From the NCBI RefSeq assembly GCF_018350175.1, contig NC_058382.1, positions 61,630,001-61,694,000 of the forward strand: 64,000 nucleotides of DNA, given 5' to 3'. The stretch comes from Felis catus. Lineage: Eukaryota. Made by a program: the position numbers and the translations under genes. The notes under the pieces were generated by a model, which saw nothing but the letters and a program-made list of their open reading frames with translations, did no database searches and had not been told where the DNA came from. Numbering within the stretch: position 1 is the first letter of the stretch; each line of letters opens with the position of its first letter. Of this stretch, positions 1-11,252 are shown piece by piece.

Positions 1-1907
1 CCCATACCCAACTGAAGTGTGTTTGTGTTCACTTGAAGCACAGACATTATTGGCTTTTCATTTAGAGGCCAGTCTGTCCGTCTAGTTTGGTTCCAATGAT
101 CAGAATCTTTTGTTAAATGTCCTGCATAAACCACACGTTACCTATAGTTTTGTTCTCTAAATGAAGTGAGAACTTAGAAGCAGAGCAGTCTGAGTGTAGA
201 ACCGTGTATTTTCTTACGACATTTTTCTTAGAGTTTTCTTTCCTACTCAATTTGACGTTTTTTTTTAGCTGTTTGCCTTTATTGCTTTATTTTCCAAAGC
301 TTTCGACTTAGTTTTTGAAGAAACAACCTTTTTTTATTCCTGTTTTTTTTTTTTTTTAGTTCACACAACGTTAAATTACATAATTAAAATAGAAGTACAG
401 CTTGCATAAACAGGTTTGGGATCAGATACAGCTGCCTTATGGTGAGCCCTTGACCCTGCTCTGGACAGAGGGGTGGGGTTGGTGTGGGTCAGGGTTGTTG
501 TACAGCCATTGTGATTCTGGCTGCTGTGTGTTTCTGCTGGTGCCTCTTTGTGTCATGGACCCTTTGATGGCTTGACAAACTGCGAGTCCTTTTCCCAGAA
601 TGATTTGCATCTTAAAGGAAATGGAGTCACAGACCCTTCAGTCATCCCCGGACTATGTGGACCAGGCTAAGAGCGCCTAGTGTAGACCGCTCTTTGGACA
701 CAGACCCTTGTAGGAGCCCTTGCTTTCTCCAGCTCCTCCCCGTAGTGTGGCCGCCCCTAGGCAGTTTGTTCTGAGCAACAGCAACAGGTGATAGACCGCT
801 GTGAGCCTGGGGACTAGAGGGTAGGAGGTGCTGTCCTGTCTTACAGGCTGGGGAGTGTTTGCTGGAAAGCATGTGTGTGCGACAGAGGTGCAGCTCACCC
901 TGGTGCTCCCTACTGGAGATTTGCCAGCACCCGGCCCAGCTGCTGGTCCCCTCGGCTTTGTGGCTTTGTGGTTGGGTGCCGCAGGGGGTGCCTCTCTTTG
1001 CTTCTTAGGATGTCCAGCTGCTTGTACGTAGTTGCAGAGTGGGTGTGATAAGCGGTGTGGCGGTCAGGTCACCCAGAAGGGCCTCTCACCTGGAGTGCGA
1101 CCCTCCAGCAGCGTGTGGGCTTGAGGGAGGCGTCTCTGTCATTCTGTGTGGTGCCGAGGACATCAGGGCCCCCATGGGTGTGGGCTCCCCCTGGGCGTAA
1201 AGACCTACAGTGGACGTGGACACATGTACCCTGGACTCTTCAGTTGTGCGTGTGGTCACACGACTGGCAGAGATGGATTCATGGCGCACCGTGACCTTAA
1301 CCCACATTCACGGGAACATGGGGTCCAGCACCATGTTGTGGATCTGAGTTTTGTGACTCCTTCTCCCTACCTATTCGTGAGTACTTTGTTGTTGTTTTTA
1401 AAGACTCAAGGAAAAAACACTGTATGGTCTCCTCTGAGGTAACTAGATGCTAACCCACACCCTTGACTGGAAATGGGGCAGTAGAAATTCCCTGCTTTAA
1501 ATTTCTTTTCAATTTTCAGGTGTGATGGTAATCCATAAAACGAACACCGAGGTGTGTTACCAGAGTGTGAATTGGTGTCACTGTTTTGTAGAGCAGTTTG
1601 ACGGCACCTGTCAGACATTCAGACCCTTTGACCCAGCAAGCCCTGCCCTCGGGAGCTCTTGTGAAGACACGGCCTGCTTAGGTGGATGGGCTTTCGTGTG
1701 TCTGTGGTATTTGAACTTTTTATGGTGAACGTGGTTTAATTTTCTAAGAAAATATTAGAAGGAGAACCTCGGACTAGAAGAATGGTGCATCATCTCATGG
1801 GATTCTTGTTAGTGATGCCTGGGAGTCACCTGTTTAAATCAGAAACGGGCCTGTCTTTGGGTCCCATCTGTCCCCTTTAAGAGCCCGGCATCACCTTTCT
1901 GCTTCAG

Positions 1908-2042
1908 GGAGCCATGCCCACTGGTCTCCTGGCACTGGAGCTGCTTCTTGCCACAGCCACTGCGGGGAAGGCCAGTGTGCCTTTCATCACCGTGAATGGG
2001 TCAGAGTTCCTGGAAACATTTGTCGGCATTGGGCCAGCAAGG
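1908..2042 (+). pseudogene. AFG3L1P: AFG3L1 exon remnant (Walker A region)
   Basis: ttcag|GGA GCC ATG...GCA AGG|gtaggt; reads [53 protein letters not shown] is lost. Confidence 0.92.
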
Positions 2043-2237
2043 GTAGGTGGGCGCTTGTCCTTGAGTCAGACAGCCCCGGTCTTTGTGTGGACCCGGCAGT
2101 GAGCACAGAGCACGCCGCAGATGTTGAGATAAGGGTTGGGTTCCGGAGAAGAGAAGAAGAGACTTGGGTTAACAAACACTCATTTTTGTTTTCATACCAG
2201 GAGCAAAATAGACTCTCTGTGCGGATTCCTATTTTAG

Positions 2238-2393
2238 GTTCGTGACAAGTTTGCAGTGGCCCAAAGAAACGCTCCTTGTGTCTTGTTCATTGATGATATT
2301 GACGCATTTGGCAGGAAACGAGGCCGAGGGCATTTCGGAAGCCAGAGTGACCGGGAGAACACACTGAACCAGATGCTTGTGGAGGGATGGATG
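2238..2393 (+). pseudogene. AFG3L1P: AFG3L1 exon remnant (Walker B region)
   Basis: ttttag|GTT CGT GAC...; [49 protein letters not shown], then a 2-nt GG insertion before MDG|gtgagt. Confidence 0.92.
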
Positions 2394-2999
2394 GTGAGTG
2401 CACGCTGCTGACAGCCGCCGAGAGCAGGACTGTCCTGTCAGCACTGCCACATCTCGAGTGACCCTCCTCCAGCTTTTGTTTCTGTCAACTCCCTGGGTGA
2501 GTGAGCATCCCTGATGGTTCTGTTTGTAGGAAGGCTGCTCTCAGGCAGACTTAATGGAGAAAGCTATGTTAGATCCACAAAAGCCCCCCACTGCCCCCTC
2601 CCCACCAGCAGGCGGGGTTAGTGGAGATGGGGTGGTGAGATGAGGAGAGGTGAGGCCCTCCTGGGGAGGTGGACCAGGTAGATGAGGGCTCCCCCACCTC
2701 TCCTAGCGTAGGCCTTGGTGCCTGCAGGATGGTGTGGGTGGAGCCTTGCTCCTTCCCCTCTGAACCTCTCTCCTGCTGCCCTTCCTGACGCAGAATCTCA
2801 TGGGTGTGAGCCCACTCCACGTACCAAAATCTCTCTCTTTCTTTCAGTTCAGACTTTTCCTCAAAGTGATTCCAGCTCAGCGTGTCTGGTAGCTTGTCAG
2901 GCGTGCTGATATTTCACTGGAAATGTCTACATGGTGAACGTTTTTCAAATTTGGAGATGCTTTCACTGGTCCCATGGCAAGTTTTCATCTTCATCTTGG

Positions 3000-3450
3000 G
3001 GCTGCCAAGAGTACCCCAGGTTTGGTGATTCACTAGGAGGACTCCTAGGACCCCATGTATAGCTGTACCCACGACCACGACTGGTGACAGACACAGAGCA
3101 GAATCCGCGCAGGGAAGAGTGTGGTGCAGGGAAGCTGGCTGCAGCTTCCCTCAGGATGTGCAGGAGGCACCGACTTTTCCTGGCATGGAGCTGTGACGAC
3201 ATGTGGGCGTGTAGTTGACCAAGGTTTTCAGTGGGTGCTGGTTCTGTGGCGCTCTCTGCCCAGTATGTACCAAAATCCCAGCCTCCCGGGAGGAAGGCAG
3301 GTGTGCAGCAAAACCACACCGTACAAACAGTTTAGGCCTAGGGAGCCCCTCTTATCAGGGCGCAGTGGAGACCCTCCCCAAATCTCAGGTCCCAGAGCCA
3401 GCTGGGGGCCACCTTATAAGCAGAGCTTGAGAGGCTTACTGTGTTAGATT
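3000..3450. mobile_element. MER21-like LTR remnant
   Basis: ccccaggtttggtgattcactaggaggactc...caaaaccacaccgtacaaacagtttagg resembles the remembered MER21 consensus. Confidence 0.55.
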
Positions 3451-4227
3451 CTTTCTGCCCAGCCAAGACGTTCTAAAACCCTTTGTTATACCTCGTATCC
3501 AACCGTGATTCTAACTAGGTTAGTACTCTGTTCTGATGTCTCAAGGGGCTGATGGGAGAGAGCGTTCAGGGGGAAAGAGGGTGGGAACACCACCACTTTC
3601 TCTGCTGGCGGCCCCTGTTCTCTGCAGTCCCGCCTGCCCTTGACTATTCCAGTTCCCTGGGCCTTGTGAGCTCACCAGGGCTGGGTGGATGGAGACCTTG
3701 GGAAGTAGCTGGGGCACTGACACCGTGGAGAGTCTCCTTGCTCCCCAGGGGTTGGGGGGTGGCATCGGGTAGTGTCAAGCTGTCAGGAACCAGTGATGAG
3801 TCAAGATGGAGGTCCACACGTGGGCCCAGGTCCTGGGGGGTCCCAGTTAGCCGGGGAACGTCTGACTACTCTCTGATGGAGACGCGTCTCAGCCAGAGCA
3901 ATGGGGTCTGTGAGAACCAGAGCCAGTGGTGTGCTGTTTGTGTCCTGCCCGTGAAGGGTCAGAGGGAGGGGCCCCAGAGCCAGCCCCGGGCAGGAGCGTT
4001 GGCCCCGCTGAATGGCCTCTGTAGTCCGTTTGGAGTGAGCAGAGGAAGAGCAGAGCCAGTGCAGGGCGGCCCAGGGAGGCCAGGGTCCCTAGAAGGATGA
4101 GCAGGTGTGCAGAAGAGGACAAGGCGTCAGGACCAGAGAGAGGAGGAGAGCTGTCTGGGGATACAGCACTACCCCAGTGGGTGCCAGCCGAGCCCTCTCC
4201 TTGGGCGCCCTTGCTTCTCATGTCCAG

Positions 4228-4335
4228 GGTTCACCTCTTTCACGAACGTCGTGGTGGTGGCTGGCACCAACTGCCCTGACCTCCTTGACCCGGCTCTGAT
4301 GGATCCTGGCCGGTGTGACTGACTGATCTACATCA
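4228..4335 (+). pseudogene. AFG3L1P: AFG3L1 exon remnant (second region of homology / arginine finger)
   Basis: [35 protein letters not shown]; in-frame TGA at 4320-4322; donor reads GC rather than GT. Confidence 0.92.
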
Positions 4336-4872
4336 GCAAGCCTGCCAGTCACATGGTGCTCAGGTTTGGGGCTTCATGCCCTTGTGCTAAAGGTTTGGTT
4401 GGTTAGATCATTACCTGTGTATTTGGAGGCGATTTCTTTTCTTTTCTTTTTTTTTACTTCTTCCTTTTTAAGTAGGCTCCATGCCCAGTGCAGAGCCGAA
4501 TGCAAGGGTTGAACTTTTCACCCTGAGAGATCAAGACCAGAGCTGAGGTCAAGAGTCGGGCCGTTAACCGACCGAGCTACCCAGGTGCCCCTGGAGGTGG
4601 TTCGTTTGATCAGGGCCCTGCAGTGGTTAATATTAACATTTGGAAAAAGTGGAAGCTCATGGATGCCCTTGGGTGCTGCTAGTTGCTGTCTCCCGGCAAT
4701 CCACTTTTGGGAGTGACAGGTGTGGCCGGGCCTGCAGAAACGTCACTTCAGCCCATACAGGTGGGAGTGCTGGGACACATCCATGTATTCTGGTGTGGTG
4801 TTGTGAAAACTTAGAGGGTAGACAAGAAGAGCTCACCCTCACCTTTTGCTCTGACAACTGACATCACCTCTT

Positions 4873-4973
4873 CCCTGGCCCTTTCTGTTTGTGAGAGTGC
4901 GTCCGTCCCGCGTGGACTTGCCCTGGCCCTTTCCATTTGTGAGAGCGCGTCTGTCCCGCGTGGACTTGCCCTG
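4873..4973. repeat. 48-bp tandem duplication
   Basis: ccctggccctttc..gtgagag.gcgtc.gtcccgcgtggacttg twice (4873-4920, 4921-4968). Confidence 0.9.
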
Positions 4974-5779
4974 CTGCCCAGGGTGGTCCTCATCTTGCTC
5001 ACTGTCGGCTCATGGCCCCGGGAATGGTTTTGATGTTAGAGGCAGCACAGTCATGAACGTGTTTTAATGCGTTCAAGAGCTGAGTGTACGAGGGGGCTCG
5101 AACTCGCGATCCATGAGATCGTGACCTGAGCCGAAGGCGGACACTTGACCGACTGAGCCACCCGGGTGCCCCTGCCCTGATTAATGATAGTTTTGCTGGA
5201 TATAGCATTCCTGTTTGACTTTTAAAAATTATTCTTGTCTCACTGCTTTGAATGTTTTGTTCCACTGCCTTCATTTTACTATTTCTGATGAGGTGCCAGG
5301 CACCAGTCGTCATGTTGCTGTTATCCTCTATGTGATGAATCTTTTCTGTTGCTGCTTCAGGATTTCCTCTTTGTCTTTTGCGTTCAACACTTTAATTGCG
5401 ATGGGTCTCTTGCAACTTCTGGGTTTCGAATTATAGTTAGAAAAGAATCTCTCGTTATTTTCATATTATGGACACATCTTTATCATGTTTATGACTTATT
5501 TTTTTTACATTTACGTCTCTGACCGATTTGTACTTTATTCTGATATGTAGCTTGAGATGTTGCATAAATTTGAGCTTTCTTCAAATAACTATCCTATCAT
5601 TGCAACACCATTTTTAAATAGTTCATTACTGATGAAGAAACAGTGCATTATCTTGACTTTACCCACTGAATGGGAGCCTTTCCAAGGACAAAAGGAATTA
5701 CAGAGAATATTTCAGATTTTCTTTAGTTGTATCACAGATAGTACTATCAACATTGTTATTTTGAAAGTATTTCATGCAG

Positions 5780-5990
5780 GGGCGCCTGGGTGGCCCAGTC
5801 GGTTTAGTCTCCGACTCCTGGTTTCAGCTCAGGTCACGATCTCAGTTTGTGAGTTTGAGTCCCTTGTTGGGCTCTGTGCTTATAGCACAAAGCTTGCTTG
5901 GGATTCTCTTTCCCTCTCTGCCTCCCCGCCGCCGCCCCCCCCCCCCCCCCCCCGCCCCGCACTGTCTCTCAAAAAAAAAAAAAAAAAAAG
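5780..5990 (+). mobile_element. Carnivore SINE with an expanded poly-C tract
   Basis: ggggcgcctgggtggc head, C-run at about 5923-5960, A tail. Confidence 0.85.
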
Positions 5991-6158
5991 GAGGTAAGTG
6001 TACCTGACCTTTGGGATACTTCATCATTACTTCCTGACTCCAAATAACTAAGTGTGAAGCAGGGAAGGTGACTGGAGTCCCAGGCTGTCCTTGTAGATCT
6101 TGCAAAGTGGCTACAGGTGACCCTGCTCTGACCGTCTGTGTGTCCTTGTCTTTGTTAG

Positions 6159-6327
6159 GCCCCGACATCAAAGGCAGATTGTCCATTTTCACAGCCCACC
6201 TACACCCACTGAAGCTGGGTGGGAGCCCCTGTAAGGACACTCGCGGCGCTCCCTTTGGGCTGGGTGGGAGCCCTCCATAAGGATGCTCGCGGTGCTCCCT
6301 TTGGGCTGTCACGGTGCTCACTCACAG
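6159..6327 (+). pseudogene. AFG3L1P: AFG3L1 exon remnant with internal tandem duplication
   Basis: ttgttag|GC CCC GAC ATC AAA GGC AGA (GPDIKGRLSIFTAHLHPLKL), 45/46-bp duplication, TAA at 6278-6280, cag|gtgagt. Confidence 0.85.
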
Positions 6328-7486
6328 GTGAGTGTTGGCCAGGCCGGGGATGGCCTCGGGTATTACATGCGCTTGGTAGGTGGTTTCTGGTTGTAGGGTT
6401 CAGTGCTGGCATGTGCCCACCTTTGTCTTTGGAACTTTGAATCTGTTGAGAGACATCAAAGGCCTCAGAGATGATTAGCCCCAGAGCTGATTTGTAGCCA
6501 TCTGAAGTTCCAGTTTAATTCGGTTTAGACTTGGTGAGTTGTTAGTGCAGGGGCCTCCCTAAATGCCCGAGCACAGACCCACCGCAGTGAGGAGCCGTTG
6601 CTGCATTATACGGTCTTGGGCGTCAGCTCCCAACCTGGGGGCTCCCCTTGCTTTTCTCTTTTCTTTGTAGTTGAAACCAAGATCCTGTACTAGGAAACTT
6701 GTTTCCCCACCAGGGTGGTTTAAGCACTGGGAGTTTAGGGTTTTCCCAGGGGGCTTCCTGCCCAGGTCATCGTCTACTCAGCAGCCCTTTGGAAGCCTAA
6801 TGATTACTGTGATTACTGTGATGAGCCCTGCCATCCCCGGAACATTCTGCTGTGCAGCCTTGTCCCCTCCCACTGTTGTGCTGCCATCTGCCATCTCCCT
6901 GGTGTTCTGCCCAGTGCGGGGTAAGGGCTGGGGTCAGGTCACACATAGGAGTGCACGTTTGTTGGCTACAGGATGATGAGTGAGGCGTTCTCATCCGACC
7001 AGGCTGGTCTGTTTCCTGCAAAGAATGTGCTCTCTGTTCTTCCTCCTTGTGACTCCCATGTCCACTTATACACCAAAGTTAAGAAACTTGAATAGGTCTC
7101 CCAGACTCTCGTCCCAGATATACATTAGAGGCTGCCCAAACTCAGCAGGATGACCTAGGACCCCACCAGCCTCCTGCGGCAGCTGCCTCATCGAACTGCC
7201 CTCCTCTGTCAGGCTGGTCACGTGGATTCCGCTGTCCCTGAGAGGCAGACCCAGCCTCTGTGAATGTCGACATCGCAGGGACAGAGAATGGTCTCTCTGT
7301 CCTCACACACAGAAGGGGACACAAGAATTCTTAGAGGAAAAGAACTGTTGATACATTTTCAAGAGCCACGTAAATAAGTGCAAACTATGGCGCTCTGTGG
7401 TTCTCATATTGTTGAGCCTTCGTCTCCACGTGCGCCTCAGGCCCCTGTGTGGGAGATTCAGTTTTTTTAAAAACCTGGATGTTCCT

Positions 7487-7710
7487 GGGGCGCGTGGGGG
7501 GCTGTCGGTTGAGCGTCCGACTTCGGCTCAGGTCGTGATCTCACAGCTCGTGAGTCTGAGCCCCACGGCAGGCTCTGTGCTGACGGCTCGGAGCCTGGAG
7601 CCGGCGTCAGATCTGTGTCTCCCTCTCTCCTCTGTCCCTAACCCACTCACATTCCGTCTCTGTCTCTCTCAAAAGTAAATAAGCATTAAAAAAATTAAAA
7701 AAATAAATAA
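7487..7710 (+). mobile_element. Felid SINE
   Basis: tRNA-derived head, CT-rich body, A tail, TSD cctg(g/a)atgttcct. Confidence 0.88.
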
Positions 7711-7789
7711 AGCCTGAATGTTCCTTGGGAACCTGACGTGTAAAGTTCTCCTTTAACATTTTTGCTCGTTCTTTGCACTATAATGCAGT

Positions 7790-10733
7790 AACAAAAGTGA
7801 ATGAGAAAAAAGACATTTTAAAACTTAGCTAATGATTCAACAAAAGATTATAAAGTATGCAAAGAAACAGTAAGTGTGGTTCATTCACAGGAGAAAGAAA
7901 TGGACAGAAACTGTCCCCAAGGTAGCACAGACATTAGGGTTACTAGAAAAATACTAATGTCACCTGTCTTAAAGTTGCGTGCCTATAGAGCCAAAGGGGA
8001 CCAGAAGAACTGTACGTCTCAACAAAGAGAATATTAGTAAGAAAACAAATTACAAGAAGTAACCAGACAGAAATTCTGGAGCAGAAAAGTACATGACTGA
8101 AATGAAAAGTTCACCAGGGGGCTCAATAGCAGATGTGAGCAGCAGAGGAAAAATATTGGCAAACTTGGAGATAGGCTAATATTACCTAGTCTGAGGGGCA
8201 GGAAGAAAAAGGAATGGAAAATGTACAGAACCTAGGACCAGATGGGACACTACCAACATGCATATTATGGCAGTCCCAGAAGGAGAGGACGGAGGAAAAG
8301 GGGCAGTGAGATTATCTGAAGACATGATGGGTCAGAACTTTCCAAATTGGATAAAAGACAGGAATCTACGTTCCCAAGATGTTCAGTGAATTTCAAGTAG
8401 TGATGAACTCTAAGATCCATCGAGACTCATCATCATCTGTTAAAGCCGAAGAGAGGCTTGGAACCAGCAAGAAAGAAAGGATACAGTGTACAAAGGATCA
8501 TCAGTGAGACTTGATAACGGATTTCTCCTTGCACACTTGGAAGGGCAGAAGGCAGTGGGGCGACTGACATGTTCCAGGTACTAAAAGAAAAAACCCGTAA
8601 CAAAGAATTCTGCATCTGGCAAAACTGCCCTTCAGGAAGGAAGGGGAAATTAAGACGTTCCCAGATACTGAAAAGTTGAGGCAATTCATTGTGTTTAGAT
8701 GTAGCCTACAGGAAATGCTAGAGAGAGTCTTCAGGCTGAAATGAAAGGGTGCTAGCCAGTAACTTGAAGCCATGTGAAGAAATAACAGTGGTACTGGTAA
8801 AGACAAGTGCATAGAACAATAATTACAATTTCTGTGATGGGTATGTAATGTAGAAAGCTGTAATCTGTGACAATAACAAGGTGAAGGTGGAGGGAAGGAG
8901 ATGTACAGGAGACATTTGTACGGTTATTAAAAGCCAGACATGGAAGAGCTGGCCTTAAAAGTCACGTGGAGGGGCGCCTGGGTGGCTCAGTTGGCTAAGT
9001 GTCCAACTCTTTTTTTAAAAAAAAATTTTTTTTGACGTTTATTTATTTTTGAGACAGAGAGAGACAGAGCATGAACAGGGGAGGGGCAGAGAGAGAGGGA
9101 GACACAGAATCTGAAATGGGCTCCAGGCTCTGAGCTGTCAGCACAGAGCCCGACGCGGGGCTCGAACTCACGGACCGTGAGATCATGACCTGAGCCGAAG
9201 TCAGACGCCCAACCGACTGAGCCACCCAGGCGCCCCAAGTGTCCAACTCTTGATTTCAGCTCAGGTCTTGGCCTCTGGGTCGTGAGCTCAAGCCCTGCGT
9301 TGGGCTCTGCACTGGGTATGGAGCCCACTTAACAAAAACAAAAATGAAACCAAATCCTAAGTAAGTAAATAAGTAAATTCACACGGAGCTGCAAAGTGCC
9401 CAAGTAGCCAAAACAGTCTCATGAAAGGAGACCGAGTTGGAGGACTCCTACGTCCCTATTTCAGAACTTGCCACAAAGCTCAGTGAACAAAACACGGCCC
9501 TGACAAGGCGGACATACTGACAGAGGAAAACTCACGAGTACAGATGCGGCCTGTACATCTGTGCTTAGTTGATTTCTCTTAAGGTTGTGAAGACCGCTTA
9601 ATGGGGAAAGGACAGTCTCTTCAAAAAAATGTGCTAGGACAATGGGATATGCACATACAAAAGAATGAAATTGGACTTTGGCACCAGATATAAAAGTTAA
9701 CTCAAAGTGGGTAAAAGACCTGAATTTCAGAGCTAAAACTATAAAAGTCTTAGAAGAAAACATGGAAGACCAGATCTTCATGACTCTGGACTTGGCAGTG
9801 GTTCCTTAAATACGATACCAGAAGCACAAGCAACAAGTGGAAAAATAAATTGGACTTAATAAAAATTGAAATCTTTTTTGTGTCAAAGGACATTACTGAG
9901 TGAATAAAAAGGCAAGTATAGAGAACAGAGGAAAATATTTGGAACTCATGCGTCTGATGAGGGTCTAGAATCCAGAACATAAAACCCAATCTAAGAATGG
10001 GCAAAGGGTTAGAAAAGACATTTTTCCAGAGAAGATGGACAACCGAAAACCACATGACAGAATGCTGAGTGTCATGATTTATTAGGCAAATGCAAATCTA
10101 ATGAGGTAGCACTTCCATGCCGCGGGCGGCTGTGAAAGAGTTGGCGTGGATGTAGAGGTACAGGACGTCTAATAGGGCTGCTGATGGGAGCGTAAACTGG
10201 GCTGACTGGGCTTTGGGAGTCAGTTCGGCTGTTCAGAAAGTAAAGTACGGAGCCCTCATATGACCCAGCAGCTCCACGTGTAGGTATCTTCCCCGGAGAG
10301 TTGAAAACCTGTCCACACAAAGACGTGTACGTGTGTTCACAGCAATGTTGTTCACACTGGCCAAAGGGTAGAAACACCCCAAACGTCCGTCAGTGCATGA
10401 ATGGATAAACAGTGGTATGTATGTATAATGGGATATTATTCAGCCATAAAAAGGAATACCGGCACGTGTTACAATAGGGATGAACCTCCAAATATTATGT
10501 CAAGCGAAAGCAGCCAGGCACAAAGGGCCACGTACTGTGTGATTCCATTCATATGAGAGGTTTATAACAAGTCCGCGGAGACAGAAAATACACGTGTGGC
10601 TAGCTAGGGTGGGCCCTGGAATCCCCCACGTCAGGCATAGGGTACCTTATAGATGATGGAAGTGTCTGAAATTAGGGCAGGAGTCTTATGACTTGATAAA
10701 TTTACTAGAAGTCTTTGAGGTACACCCTTAAAC
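7790..10733 (+). mobile_element. Ancient L1M fragments (ORF1-like, ORF2 3' end, 3' UTR) in an AFG3L1 intron, interrupted by SINEs
   Basis: A-rich degenerate L1 motifs, e.g. aattctgcatctggcaaaactgcccttcagg and gaatggataaac...tattcagccataaaaaggaat. Confidence 0.75.
8971..9335 (+). mobile_element. Carnivore SINE with a nested antisense felid SINE (9012-9236)
   Basis: 15-bp TSD aagtgtccaactctt at 8997-9011 and 9237-9251. Confidence 0.92.
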
Positions 10734-10859
10734 CAAGGTAAACCAAGCGCCAAATTTGGGTTTGGAAAACCGCCTATGGATCCTGTGAGCCGAGGTAACG
10801 CTGGGGCCCCAGGTCAGCCCGCGGAAGGCCCCCCACCGCTCCAGGGCTGCCCAGCTCAC

Positions 10860-10969
10860 CTCTGACGAGCCTTTCAACGGCCTGCTCACAGTGCTTCTCC
10901 TGAACACAAGGACCCAGGTGGCAGGAGGCAATCGGGGCGGCTTCGTGGCAGACACCGAAATGTCAGCAC
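10860..10969 (-). pseudogene. AFG3L1P: Inverted complete copy of an AFG3L1 exon
   Basis: Minus strand reads GADIS(fs)VCHEAAPIASCHLGPCVQEKHCEQAVERLVRG|gtgag, matching AFG3L2-type GADVANVCNEAALIAARHL...HFEQAIERVIGG; acceptor degraded to GG. Confidence 0.88.
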
Positions 10970-11162
10970 CCGACCCGGGAACGGAGAAACTGGTCATGAG
11001 TGCCCGGGGCTGGGTATTACAAGAGGAGCTCCGCGACAGGGACCACAGCTAAGCGAGGCAGCAACTTTGTCAGTCACCAGTTTGGGGCCAGGCCGGTTTT
11101 TTGGTTAAGCGACTTACTGAGGTGTAATTTATTCAACATTAAATCCACCCATCTTAATCAGG

Positions 11163-11252
11163 GCCACGAAGCCGCCCCGATTGCCTCCTGCCACCTGGGT
11201 CCTTGTGTTCAGGAGAAGCACTGCGAGCAGGCCGTTGAAAGGCTCGTCAGAG
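11163..11252 (+). pseudogene. AFG3L1P: 5'-truncated sense copy of the same AFG3L1 exon
   Basis: HEAAPIASCHLGPCVQEKHCEQAVERLVRG|gtgagc; lacks the GADIS start and the original acceptor. Confidence 0.88.

Noticed and set aside
4873..4973. Short direct repeats as a CRISPR-like array
   Set aside because: Eukaryotic DNA; only two adjacent copies and no spacers
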